Origin: an archaeon
Lineage (GTDB): Archaea; Nanobdellota; Nanobdellia; SCGC-AAA011-G17; GW2011-AR17
Direction of reading: 5' to 3'
Length of the DNA: 64,000 bases
Assembly: GCA_043814545.1 (NCBI GenBank)
Contig: JBDRJY010000004.1
Span: 10,788 to 74,787, forward strand
Shown piece by piece: positions 33,587-42,784 of this stretch. Every line of letters begins with the position of its first letter. The first letter of the stretch is position 1. The position numbers and the translations under genes are program-made. The notes below the pieces were generated by a model, which was not told the DNA's origin, made no database searches, and was given only the letters and a program-made list of their open reading frames with translations.

Positions 33587-34410
33587 GTGGAACAGGATAT
33601 ATCGGAAAAGAGATTGTAAGGTTGCTTAGATCTAAGAATTATGAAGTATTTGTTTTATCTAAACAACCAGGTAATGGCCCTTTTTATTTAGAAGGGAGCG
33701 TTTTGGATAAATCTTTTTTGCTTGATAATCTGATTGATTTTGATATTATCATTTATTTGGTTTCAATAATAAGAACTTTGGACAAATCTAAATATAAAGA
33801 AAATGTTCTTGGATTAAAAAATACTTTAGAAGTAATGAAAACAAATAATATTAGTAAAATAATTTATTTTTCGACCCAAAATATTTTTCTTAAGAACACA
33901 GGTGGGTATGGTAACTCTAAAAAGTTTGCAGAAAAAATAATAAAAAATAGTTCTTCAGATTATATTATTTTAAGGCCTAATTATGTATATGGTATTGATA
34001 AAAATAATGATATTTATAGATTATATAACATAATAAAAAAAACAGGAATTTGCCCCGTAATTGGTTCTGGTGAAACAAAATTTCAACCCGTCAATAAAAC
34101 AGATATTGCTGAATTCATTTTAAAGAAATTAGAAAAATGGAAAGGTAAAAATGAAGTAAATATCTCTGGTCCTGATACATCTATTAACCAAATAATTAGA
34201 ATAATCAAACAAGAGACTAAGCTTGGTTTTATAAAGATTCATATCCCTTTCTCGTTACTCAAGATTTTCAAATTTTTAATACCTTTTGATGTTGATGGTT
34301 ATAATGAAGATAGGATTTCTAATTCAAATACTGTTAAATATGATACAGATCTAAGGGAAGATATAAAATCTATGGTTAGATTGGATAGAATTAAACATAG
34401 AAAATATTAA
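33559..34410 (+). CDS. NAD-dependent epimerase/dehydratase (extended SDR)
   Basis: VIGGTGYIGKEIV (GxxGxxG) and YGNSKKFAE (YxxxK). 28-nt overlap with the preceding radical SAM gene. Confidence 0.8.
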   Translation: MENKRVLVIGGTGYIGKEIVRLLRSKNYEVFVLSKQPGNGPFYLEGSVLDKSFLLDNLIDFDIIIYLVSIIRTLDKSKYKENVLGLKNTLEVMKTNNISKIIYFSTQNIFLKNTGGYGNSKKFAEKIIKNSSSDYIILRPNYVYGIDKNNDIYRLYNIIKKTGICPVIGSGETKFQPVNKTDIAEFILKKLEKWKGKNEVNISGPDTSINQIIRIIKQETKLGFIKIHIPFSLLKIFKFLIPFDVDGYNEDRISNSNTVKYDTDLREDIKSMVRLDRIKHRKY

Positions 34411-34433
34411 ATTAGATTATAAAAAACAGAATA

Positions 34434-34443
34434 CTTTATAAAA
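34434..34443 (+). promoter_or_regulatory. TATA-like box, probably giving a leaderless transcript
   Basis: CTTTATAAAA ends 21 nt before the ATG at 34465. Confidence 0.4.
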
Positions 34444-34464
34444 TCTAATAAAACACTTTTTATT

Positions 34465-35430
34465 ATGGGAATCTTCAAAGATATCGGATTTTATCTTAAG
34501 AACAGACAAACTTTGCAAGCATTGGCTGAAGAACAAGATTTTCTTAACAATTACGAAGATAAGGTAAGGGAAACAGCAGATTTTTTAGAAAGAAAACTAA
34601 TTGGTAAAAATTCTCCAAAATTAGCTATGACATTAGGTTCAGGCTTGAATGGACTGGTTGACGTTTTAGAACACAAAATGGAACTACCTTACTCAGAGAT
34701 ACCTCATTTTCCAACTCCAACAACTGAAGGTCATGAAGGTAAGCTGATTTATGGTATTAAAGGTAAACAATGGATTTTAATGTTGCAGGGCCGTAAACAT
34801 TATTACGAAGTAGCTGACCAGAAGTCTGGCTTAGCGCAGATTTCATTCCCGATAGATGTTATTGCATTATTGGGTGTGCAAGTATATTTGGCAACTAACG
34901 CAGCCGGTGCATTAAACCAAGATTATAACATTGGCGACATGATGATTTTAGATTCGCATTTAAGTTTTGTACCTGACCCTAGGTTAGGCCGGCATAAGTT
35001 TCCTTGTGCTACAGAAAGGTTCCAGCCAATGGCTGATGCTTACGATTGTAATTTAAGAAAAATTTTGCACAGGTCAGTTGTCCAGACAGGATTACATAAC
35101 GAACAAAAAATACACACCGGCTCTTACGCTGCTATGACTGGCCCTTCATACGAAACAGAAGCACAGTGTAAGATGTTAAGATCTTTTGGGATTGACGCTG
35201 TAGGCATGTCAACGGCTCCAGAAGTTGTTGTTGCCAGAAATCAAAATATAGACTGTGTTGCTTTTTCTTGCATTACAAACAAGGTTGACGAAAATGGTAA
35301 GAACCCTGCAGATCATGAAGATGTAAAAGAGATTTTGGATAAACAAGAAACTAAAGATTTTTACATGCAAACAGTTTTAAATTTCATACAAAACGTTGGA
35401 CAAGTTTTTGCGAATAAATCTAGGGTTTAA
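34465..35430 (+). CDS. Purine nucleoside phosphorylase (PNP/MTAP family 2, PunA-like)
   Basis: LGSGLNGL, TTEGHEGKLIYG, GRKHYYE, TGPSYETEAQ and DAVGMSTAPEVVVAR motifs. Confidence 0.85.
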   Translation: MGIFKDIGFYLKNRQTLQALAEEQDFLNNYEDKVRETADFLERKLIGKNSPKLAMTLGSGLNGLVDVLEHKMELPYSEIPHFPTPTTEGHEGKLIYGIKGKQWILMLQGRKHYYEVADQKSGLAQISFPIDVIALLGVQVYLATNAAGALNQDYNIGDMMILDSHLSFVPDPRLGRHKFPCATERFQPMADAYDCNLRKILHRSVVQTGLHNEQKIHTGSYAAMTGPSYETEAQCKMLRSFGIDAVGMSTAPEVVVARNQNIDCVAFSCITNKVDENGKNPADHEDVKEILDKQETKDFYMQTVLNFIQNVGQVFANKSRV

Positions 35431-36448
35431 GTATACAACCTTCACAAGATTTTACTGGTTTATAGTTAAGTAAAGCATACCTTAGATATCTATACTTTTC
35501 TCCGTTCCAGATTTTGTTGAAAGGTTGTTTTAGGATATTACCCAGTTTAAGTTCTTTAGGATCAACAACCATACAACACGGTGTCACTTCTCCTTGCCAT
35601 GTTACATAAATGTTACGCCAAGGCCAAACACATTTAATAACAGTTTCGTCGTAAACCACGTTCACGCCAAGGTTTTTCCCTCTGTTTTTGGCTTTGCCTA
35701 TAAGAGACCTGATTAGTTTTTTATCTTCTACTACAAGACTGTTAAAATCTTTTTCATAATTCTCAACAAAATCTTCTTTGGATTGTACAGCTTGGAAAAT
35801 TATTTTTTTAATGCCTAAACTTTTTGCAAAATCTACGAAATTAGGAATATCTTCCATATTTTCTTTTAGGATTACTACAGCTAAGAAGATATCAATATTT
35901 GTTGTTGCTTTAGTAAGGTTTTTTATATTTTGTTTAACTTTATCGAAGTTAGCACCTATTCTGATTGATTCGTACAACTCTTTTTTTGTTGAATCAACCG
36001 AAATTCCTAACTCAGAAAGTTTAGAATGTTTAAGTTGTTCAATTATTTTAGGCGAAAACATTGTGCCATTACTGGTCGCAGTTACAATGATACCTTTGTT
36101 AGCTGCATAATCAATCATTTTAAAAATATCTTTGTGTAGGAAAGGTTCACCAAGACCTTGCAAATGTAATTTTACAACTTTGTTAAGTTTGTTTAAAACT
36201 TCTTTATATTGTTCGAACGACATATCACCGCACGCAAATTTATCCCTAAAACACATTTTACATCTAAGGTTACATCTTAAGGTAGGTTCAATTTGTGCTG
36301 AGATAGGCTTATTTTTACAATAAGTTTTTTTCTTAGCTGTGAAATAATTTGCTAAGTTAGAAGAAATTTGTACATTTTTAGGCAAACTACGTTTCTTTGT
36401 AAGCTTAATGTACTTTTGTAAAATAGTTGAATATCTCTTTATCCGCAT
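35420..36448 (-). CDS. Radical SAM protein with SPASM domain
   Basis: EPTLRCNLRCKMC (CX3CX2C) plus a C-terminal QGEVTPCC....KSCEGC SPASM-type Cys pattern. Confidence 0.82.
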   Translation of the reverse strand: MRIKRYSTILQKYIKLTKKRSLPKNVQISSNLANYFTAKKKTYCKNKPISAQIEPTLRCNLRCKMCFRDKFACGDMSFEQYKEVLNKLNKVVKLHLQGLGEPFLHKDIFKMIDYAANKGIIVTATSNGTMFSPKIIEQLKHSKLSELGISVDSTKKELYESIRIGANFDKVKQNIKNLTKATTNIDIFLAVVILKENMEDIPNFVDFAKSLGIKKIIFQAVQSKEDFVENYEKDFNSLVVEDKKLIRSLIGKAKNRGKNLGVNVVYDETVIKCVWPWRNIYVTWQGEVTPCCMVVDPKELKLGNILKQPFNKIWNGEKYRYLRYALLNYKPVKSCEGCILKP

Positions 36449-36451
36449 GAT

Positions 36452-36853
36452 TCATTCCTCATTATTGGCGGTATTTAAAATTTGTGCATTATGGTATATA
36501 TCCCCATTTAATTTCGTGCAAGCATCTGCTATTTTGTTAAAAATCATATAACTTGATGGTATTGCAACTGACATCCATCCAAGTATTCCCCAGACTTCTG
36601 GATACCCTTGCCATAATATTGGTGAAAGATATTCATCAATGCAAAAACCCGCACCAATTGTTACACTAGCTAAAGCATAAATAAGAGACTGTGTTTGTAT
36701 TTCATCTCTTAAACTTAATTTTTTATTAACAATTTCTTTTTGATTATGTGCCCCATATTTTAGACAAAAAGAATCTTCTTTAATTTCTTGTTCTGTGGGG
36801 AATATAAAACTTTGGAACGATATTTTGTTTATCATTTTAAAGCCTGCATCCAA
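36452..36853 (-). CDS. Small membrane protein, unknown function
   Basis: 133 aa with two or three hydrophobic segments. Lies between the GT4 and SPASM genes on the same strand. Confidence 0.45.
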   Translation of the reverse strand: MDAGFKMINKISFQSFIFPTEQEIKEDSFCLKYGAHNQKEIVNKKLSLRDEIQTQSLIYALASVTIGAGFCIDEYLSPILWQGYPEVWGILGWMSVAIPSSYMIFNKIADACTKLNGDIYHNAQILNTANNEE

Positions 36854-37914
36854 AGTTTAGCAACTTTTTTAGAATCATATTTTTCAACAACCGTTTTACG
36901 TCCGTTCTTAGCAAACTTATCCCTTAACCTTTTATTTTTTAACAACTTATCAATTCTTCTTTTCAATTCTTTTTTATTTCTTTGCGGAATAAGATAACCA
37001 TTTTTACCATCTTGAATTATTTCTTTTGGCCCGATACAATCTGTTGTTATTACAGGAACACCTGAAGCCATTGCTTCTAATAAAACAATACCAAACAACT
37101 CTTCCCAATTGAAAACCGAGTAAGAATTAAGTATAAAAATGTCGGCAGTTGTGTATAAGTCTAACAGTTTCATTTTATCTTTAACTAAACCATAATGTTT
37201 TACTGGTAATTCTTGTTCTTTACTTTTGATTAAATTATCCAATTCTCCTTCTCCAGCAAACCTAAACTCGATATTAGAATAAAATTTAGAAATTTTTAAA
37301 ATATCGATAATGCCTTTGGCTTTAACTGTTCTTCCAACGGATAAGATATTAAAAGTTTGATTTTTCTTATGTCGGATAGGATGAAAAAATTTAGTATCAA
37401 TTGAATGCGGGATATGATACACAATACCTTTACGCTTGGCAACATGTTCAGCTGCACGTTTAGTTATTGCTACACATTTAGTTCCATTAATAAATTGGTG
37501 CCATATAACTCTTCTAAACTTAGAACTAGGTTTAGCATAACGTAAACCTGACCAGTTAGGCCATGAAGTCATATAAGTAATATTTTTCCCTAACAATTTT
37601 AATAAATACATATAATAAATATCTTTACCATAAGGTGCAAAGAATAATATGATAGGTTTATTTGTAAACAACATTTCGATTGGTATAATTAAACTTTTAA
37701 TTATCTGTTTAAACGTAGGCTCATTTTTGTACACAGCTTTTTTACCAGTTAGTTTATACCTAATATACCTCAATAACTTAGATCTATTATTTAGCTTAAT
37801 CATTAAATTGTACAAAATCTTAGAATCTATAAGTTCTACTTGAATCTTCGGAATCTGATAAATGGCATTAAAGTAAAATTTTGAAGGGCATTCAGTATAT
37901 ATATAAATCTTCAT
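36832..37914 (-). CDS. Glycosyltransferase family 4 (GT-B)
   Basis: EELFGIVLLEAMASGVPVITTDCIGPKEI E-x7-E region. Confidence 0.85.
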   Translation of the reverse strand: MKIYIYTECPSKFYFNAIYQIPKIQVELIDSKILYNLMIKLNNRSKLLRYIRYKLTGKKAVYKNEPTFKQIIKSLIIPIEMLFTNKPIILFFAPYGKDIYYMYLLKLLGKNITYMTSWPNWSGLRYAKPSSKFRRVIWHQFINGTKCVAITKRAAEHVAKRKGIVYHIPHSIDTKFFHPIRHKKNQTFNILSVGRTVKAKGIIDILKISKFYSNIEFRFAGEGELDNLIKSKEQELPVKHYGLVKDKMKLLDLYTTADIFILNSYSVFNWEELFGIVLLEAMASGVPVITTDCIGPKEIIQDGKNGYLIPQRNKKELKRRIDKLLKNKRLRDKFAKNGRKTVVEKYDSKKVAKLWMQALK

Positions 37915-37936
37915 ATGAGGAGGTTATTTACAAAAT

Positions 37937-37946
37937 CTTTATAAAA
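37937..37946 (+). promoter_or_regulatory. TATA-like box, probably giving a leaderless transcript
   Basis: CTTTATAAAA ends 22 nt before the ATG at 37969. Confidence 0.4.
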
Positions 37947-37968
37947 TTAATGATTCTGGCATCAACAC

Positions 37969-39114
37969 ATGGAAACAGCCTCTAAACAGCTAACCAACTT
38001 TCTTAGGAACCTAGTTAACGTGCTAGATTACTGGTTTTACGAGGCAATACACTCTTTTAGAGTACAAAACCCCTTGCCAGAGGTAAAGAGAATCTTGGTA
38101 GTTGAAAGGTTGTCAGTGGGAGATATGGTTTCGGTTACTCCTGTCCTAAGAGCTTTACACGAAAGATTTCCTAAAGCAAAGATAGACATTTTAGTTAACC
38201 CTCATATTAAAGATTTGATCGAAACCTTGCCTTACTTAAACAAGGTTTACAATTATTCTGACAAAGAATTAAAAATTAATTATCCACAGATAGTACAAGA
38301 ATATAAAAAAAACAATTATGATTTGGGTGTAATAATTAGGCATGGCACGTACCAGATATCAAAACTTCTTAAAGATTCTAAAGTAAAATTTAGGATAGGG
38401 TCAGCTAAAGCCGGTTTGTTAGTTGGAAGAGGTTTTTTCTTGCACAAAAAATCGAAAGCATATTTGAAAACAAGACATGTAGTTGATTTAAACTTAGATG
38501 TTATAAGAACATTAGGAATAAATCCTAAGAATCCTAAAACTGAATTAATCGTTCAAGACGAAGTCAAAAACCAAGTTGCAAAAAAATTAAACTTAAACAA
38601 AAAAGATTTCGTAATAGGGATCCATCCTGGCTCAAAAGGAATCTGTTCAATGAAATATCCTTCACATTTATGGCCAATAGAAAGATATGCTTATGTTGCT
38701 GACGAGCTAAGTAAAAAATATAAAGCAAAAATAGTTTTTTCTGGAGCAAAAAACGAATTACCTTTAATAAAAAAGATAGAATCTTTAATGAAAACAAAAC
38801 CGATTATTGCAGCAGATCTTAACATGAAAGAATTCATAGCTTTGATAGACAGAATGGATTTATTATTCAGTAATGATACAGCGGCAGCACATATTGCTGC
38901 AGCATTAGACACACCGTTAGTAATAATTTTTGGACCGCAAACACCCAAGTTATGGAAACCATGGGGTGATAAAGTCGTAGCCTTATACAAAAACAATAAA
39001 TGTACTGCTTGTCAACGGTATGAATGTAAACTTAAGACTGTAGAATGTCTTAAGGCAATAAGTACTACGGAAGTTTTAAATGCTATAAATCAAGCAATGG
39101 AATGGGTAAGATGA
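37969..39114 (+). CDS. Glycosyltransferase family 9 (heptosyltransferase-like)
   Basis: RILVVERLSVGDMVSVTPVLRAL N-terminus and C-terminal LFSNDTAAAHIAAALDTPLVIIFGPQTP are typical of the RfaF/WaaC-type GT9 fold. Confidence 0.78.
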   Translation: METASKQLTNFLRNLVNVLDYWFYEAIHSFRVQNPLPEVKRILVVERLSVGDMVSVTPVLRALHERFPKAKIDILVNPHIKDLIETLPYLNKVYNYSDKELKINYPQIVQEYKKNNYDLGVIIRHGTYQISKLLKDSKVKFRIGSAKAGLLVGRGFFLHKKSKAYLKTRHVVDLNLDVIRTLGINPKNPKTELIVQDEVKNQVAKKLNLNKKDFVIGIHPGSKGICSMKYPSHLWPIERYAYVADELSKKYKAKIVFSGAKNELPLIKKIESLMKTKPIIAADLNMKEFIALIDRMDLLFSNDTAAAHIAAALDTPLVIIFGPQTPKLWKPWGDKVVALYKNNKCTACQRYECKLKTVECLKAISTTEVLNAINQAMEWVR

Positions 39115-40523
39115 ACAAACCTGTAGCGTTAGCAAAATTGGAAAAGTATTTTGAAAACATGAGCAGGGGCGGTTTCTATTTAGACAATGCGAACCATCCA
39201 ATTTGGGGTGTGGTTAACCCGACAAAACTTCCTCATACTTTCCAATATTATGGAATTATTCAAGGTTACCTTAATTTGTTTGATAATTTAGGCAAAGAAG
39301 AATATTTAGAAAAGGCAAAGGTGGCAGGAAATGCTTTATGTAAGTTACAAAGGCGTTCGGGCCAATACAAGTTCGACCTTTTCGAGTTTAATGATAGGAA
39401 AACTTTTGGCACGACCTTAATCCATAACGTTTTACCGTCGATATCTTTGATTTATTTAGCTAAAGAAACTAAAGACATGAAATATTTTAAAGTAGCGAAA
39501 CGCAATATTCTTTGGTCATTTGCAAGGTTATGGAAAGGCGATTGTTTATCTGGTTGCATAAACCAAGACATGTCAGCAGCTGAAGCTATCGCTTCTTTAT
39601 ACTTGATTGAAAAAAATAAAAATTATCTTAAGAAAGCTAAAATTGTTGCAGACTGGTGCGCCAATTATCAAATTAAGAAAGGTAAACACCAAGGCAGTTT
39701 CATTCGCGGTTTAGGCGAGGAAGAAATGGTTATACCTTGGTACACTGCTAAGACTGCTTTATCTTATTACAATTTATTTTTAATCACTCATGACAAAAAA
39801 TATTATGACATTGCAAAGAAAGCTACTTTGTTTCTTAGGGAACATGTTGTAAAGAACGGTCTTTTACATTGGTATTACAAAGCTAAGTTGAGGAAAGAAC
39901 CTTATTTAATTGCGCCAACAGGTTTAGTATATTTATTGTTTGAAATATTTGACATTTCTTACAAGCCAGAAATTTTGAACTATCAAACGCAAAATGGCGG
40001 TTATCCTTCGGCAAGAGGTGCCGGTAACGAGTTAGACTTACAAACAACTTCTAGCTGGAACCAGTTTATGTTTTTGTATTTATCTTACATTGTAACAGAA
40101 AAGTTACCTACAAAATTTGAGCTTAAAGAAGATGATATTCTTGTAAGCAAACCTAAAACTTTTTTGAAAGGTAAAGTGAAAGGGTTAAGTAAAGTAAACG
40201 GTTTTGTTGACTTAATTCAAGATCGTTATGTTTTAAGTACTGCAAGAATTTTTAACGGAAAGTTTTTGATACCTTGGAACCCTGGAACTTATGATTTAAG
40301 GATAAGACCTAATGCTGCACGATGGAAAGTGTTACCTGTTGATAAAACTACAAAAAAAGTTTCAACTTTTGTCTTGGACTATTCTTTGTTCCAAATATTT
40401 TACGATTTAGAATATATTCTAACAACCATAATGGTAAAAAATTTTAACAATAGTTTGTTTGACGACTTGCCTAAACTAAGGTTTGCAAAAAAGTATTTGA
40501 TAAAAAAATTAAAACGAGCCTAA
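39102..40523 (+). CDS. Hypothetical protein, possibly alpha/alpha-toroid repeat fold
   Basis: 473 aa overlapping the GT9 stop by 13 nt. Recurrent Q-x-x-G-x-(Y/F) elements (LQRRSGQYKF, KGKHQGSF, QTQNGGYPS) are reminiscent of terpene-cyclase or prenyltransferase-type repeats. Weak. Confidence 0.4.
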   Translation: MGKMNKPVALAKLEKYFENMSRGGFYLDNANHPIWGVVNPTKLPHTFQYYGIIQGYLNLFDNLGKEEYLEKAKVAGNALCKLQRRSGQYKFDLFEFNDRKTFGTTLIHNVLPSISLIYLAKETKDMKYFKVAKRNILWSFARLWKGDCLSGCINQDMSAAEAIASLYLIEKNKNYLKKAKIVADWCANYQIKKGKHQGSFIRGLGEEEMVIPWYTAKTALSYYNLFLITHDKKYYDIAKKATLFLREHVVKNGLLHWYYKAKLRKEPYLIAPTGLVYLLFEIFDISYKPEILNYQTQNGGYPSARGAGNELDLQTTSSWNQFMFLYLSYIVTEKLPTKFELKEDDILVSKPKTFLKGKVKGLSKVNGFVDLIQDRYVLSTARIFNGKFLIPWNPGTYDLRIRPNAARWKVLPVDKTTKKVSTFVLDYSLFQIFYDLEYILTTIMVKNFNNSLFDDLPKLRFAKKYLIKKLKRA

Positions 40524-41789
40524 ATCGATTCTGTTAGAATAAATTCTATCTTCATTTAATTTACAAATTAACCTGCAATAAGTTTTCACTAAACTTTGCG
40601 GCATTTTAGCAACAGTTTTCCGAATCAAATCATTTTTCATTAAAATCGAGTTCATGTAAAGCAATGTTGTGCCTAAATAAACAAGATTAGAATAATTGTT
40701 ACGTTGTTTAAGTCCTAAATAAAACGGTCTTTGTCTACTAAATAATTTTAAAAAGTTCATACGAGCAAAAACAGTTTTTTTCTTGTAAACTAACATCGCA
40801 CCTTGTGATGTGATGATAGCATCGTTTGACACGGGTTTAGATTCGACATACTTCGATGCTTTGTCTAACAAAACTTGGCCTTTATGAGTTCTTGTTAAGA
40901 CTAAGGTACAGTTTTCTCCGCCTTCAACACTCCATGGATCACCGAAAGAAATGTCAGCAAGTTCGTTAGTCTGGTCAACGCACAATGTACAACGTTTAGG
41001 CGCAAACAATTGCGTTATATGTCCATATTCGTGTTTAGGTATTTTAACCCTTTTACCGTCGTAAGTTTCAACTACAAAGCCGTTTGGTTTCTCTCCAGAC
41101 CTGTAAGCAACAGACTTAACATCATCTTCGTTAACACCAACAGTTTCGAACAAATAACGCGTACCTAAACTACTCATTGCATAACCGCAAAATAATCCTA
41201 AACAATATTTTATTCGGTCTTTCAAGATTGGATCCTGCATTTGCGCTTTACGTATTCCATGTAAGTGGCAAGGTAAACCTACAACTGCATACTTACCTTT
41301 ACATTGTTTAATTTCTTTAAGACCTTCATTGATAGGGAAAGGTAAATACTTTGAACCTTGCGCTTTGACCAACATTTTTTTATCACGAGCAATATAACAA
41401 TAAGGTTTGTTATTATCCATGCCGACAACTAGGGCACCGTCAATTTCTTTCTTGTCTAAGAGATAACAAAGTAAAGCTGTTATTGCACCTCCTGAAGAAG
41501 CATTTTTACGCATGGAATCATTTTTTGCTTTGGTTAAGTTCGTGCTAATCACTTCACCGTAAACAGAATTAACTTTAGTTTTATTAAAAACAAATTTGTT
41601 AAGCGTACGAAAGTCTACAACTTCTCCTGGGCAAGATTTCTTACACTGCGTACATTTGGTACAATCAGAATTTACATGCGGTTTAAACCCTCTTAATTTT
41701 TGGATATAAATAGAATCGTAATTACATACGCCGTTACAAGTCCCACACTGTGTACACAATCCTTTATTATAAACATGTTTGATATTCAT
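40509..41789 (-). CDS. FrhB-like (coenzyme F420 hydrogenase/dehydrogenase beta family) protein with N-terminal 2x[4Fe-4S] ferredoxin domain
   Basis: CTQCGTCNGVC and CTKCTQCKKSCP ferredoxin motifs, then ASSGGAITALLCYLLDKKEIDGALVV, typical of the FrhB/FdhB flavin-binding family. Confidence 0.75.
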   Translation of the reverse strand: MNIKHVYNKGLCTQCGTCNGVCNYDSIYIQKLRGFKPHVNSDCTKCTQCKKSCPGEVVDFRTLNKFVFNKTKVNSVYGEVISTNLTKAKNDSMRKNASSGGAITALLCYLLDKKEIDGALVVGMDNNKPYCYIARDKKMLVKAQGSKYLPFPINEGLKEIKQCKGKYAVVGLPCHLHGIRKAQMQDPILKDRIKYCLGLFCGYAMSSLGTRYLFETVGVNEDDVKSVAYRSGEKPNGFVVETYDGKRVKIPKHEYGHITQLFAPKRCTLCVDQTNELADISFGDPWSVEGGENCTLVLTRTHKGQVLLDKASKYVESKPVSNDAIITSQGAMLVYKKKTVFARMNFLKLFSRQRPFYLGLKQRNNYSNLVYLGTTLLYMNSILMKNDLIRKTVAKMPQSLVKTYCRLICKLNEDRIYSNRIDLGSF

Positions 41790-42784
41790 TTTTTCAATAA
41801 GGTTCTCAGTTTCCAGTAAATTGGGTTAATCCAAAAGATAGACACGTTACACCGACGGTAACATTTTTTACAATGGAAAAACTTTTTACGTTTTTTATAC
41901 GCTAAACTAGATTTCCAAATGGAGGTAAAACTTTGCTTACGCAAATCTCCCCATGGTTTCTTGTTAAAACAAGGCTGGACAATACCCTTAGAACTTATAA
42001 AAACTTCATAACGGCCAGCATAACAAGGCACAGTACGTTCTTCAGCTTTCAATCTTTCTTGAAGGAAAAGATCATAGGTACGTTTGCCTGTATATTTTTG
42101 GATAACTTTCATTTGACGAAGAATATCTTCAATTTGTTCGCTGGTAAACTCAAATTTTTTATCTTTAATATCACCGAACCAGTTTTTAGCACTTTCAGCG
42201 TTAGTAAAACTAAAATTATACTTGCGATATCTCATGAATGTTGGTAAAAGATGTTTATAGTTCTCTTTGGTTAAGGTCATACTCAATGTTAACCGTTTAC
42301 CTAAACCATATTTTTCAACAATTTTAATACACTCGTCAACTCTTTCTAAAGAACCTTTAACACCACGTATTTTCTCGTGTACTTCTTTAGGCCCGTCGAC
42401 GGAAAAGGTTATACCTCCTATATGTTTGGAAGATTTCTGTAAAAACCGTTCTAGCATCTTAGGAATTAGACCATTAGTACTGATAGCAGGCTTCACCCCT
42501 GTTTTTTTATGTACGAAAGCAACAATTTCATTAATATCTTTACGTAATAAAGGCTCACCGCCAGTAAGAGTTACAGAAACTAAAGAATCTAACATTGGAG
42601 AATTAAAAATTTGTTTTATTTCAGATAAAGACAATTCATTTTTCTTAGCAGTCTGCCAAAAGTTACAGAATGTACATCTACTGTTACAATTTTCAGTCAC
42701 AGTTAATACTAAGTATAAAGGTTTAATTGGATAAAAAAACTGTTGTTTTTTCATACGCAAATATTTTTTTAAAAACGCAATCAT
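41786..42784 (-). CDS. Radical SAM protein with C-terminal Cys-rich (SPASM/twitch-like) region
   Basis: VTENCNSRCTFC (CX3CX2C). C-terminal VPCYAG...GIVQPC...HCKKCYRRC. Confidence 0.8.
   Translation of the reverse strand: MIAFLKKYLRMKKQQFFYPIKPLYLVLTVTENCNSRCTFCNFWQTAKKNELSLSEIKQIFNSPMLDSLVSVTLTGGEPLLRKDINEIVAFVHKKTGVKPAISTNGLIPKMLERFLQKSSKHIGGITFSVDGPKEVHEKIRGVKGSLERVDECIKIVEKYGLGKRLTLSMTLTKENYKHLLPTFMRYRKYNFSFTNAESAKNWFGDIKDKKFEFTSEQIEDILRQMKVIQKYTGKRTYDLFLQERLKAEERTVPCYAGRYEVFISSKGIVQPCFNKKPWGDLRKQSFTSIWKSSLAYKKRKKFFHCKKCYRRCNVSIFWINPIYWKLRTLLKK

Noticed and set aside
35778-36110. Antisense ORFs inside island genes. Other examples: 17455-17742, 26221-26460, 27579-27854, 30916-31188, 38691-38996, 41933-42247, 42267-42734, 44517-44735, 53643-54050, 54801-55079, 56394-56672, 57567-57962 and 58239-58574.
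   Set aside because: Each is nested in a gene with clear family motifs on the other strand. They show shadow-frame composition and no start signals.
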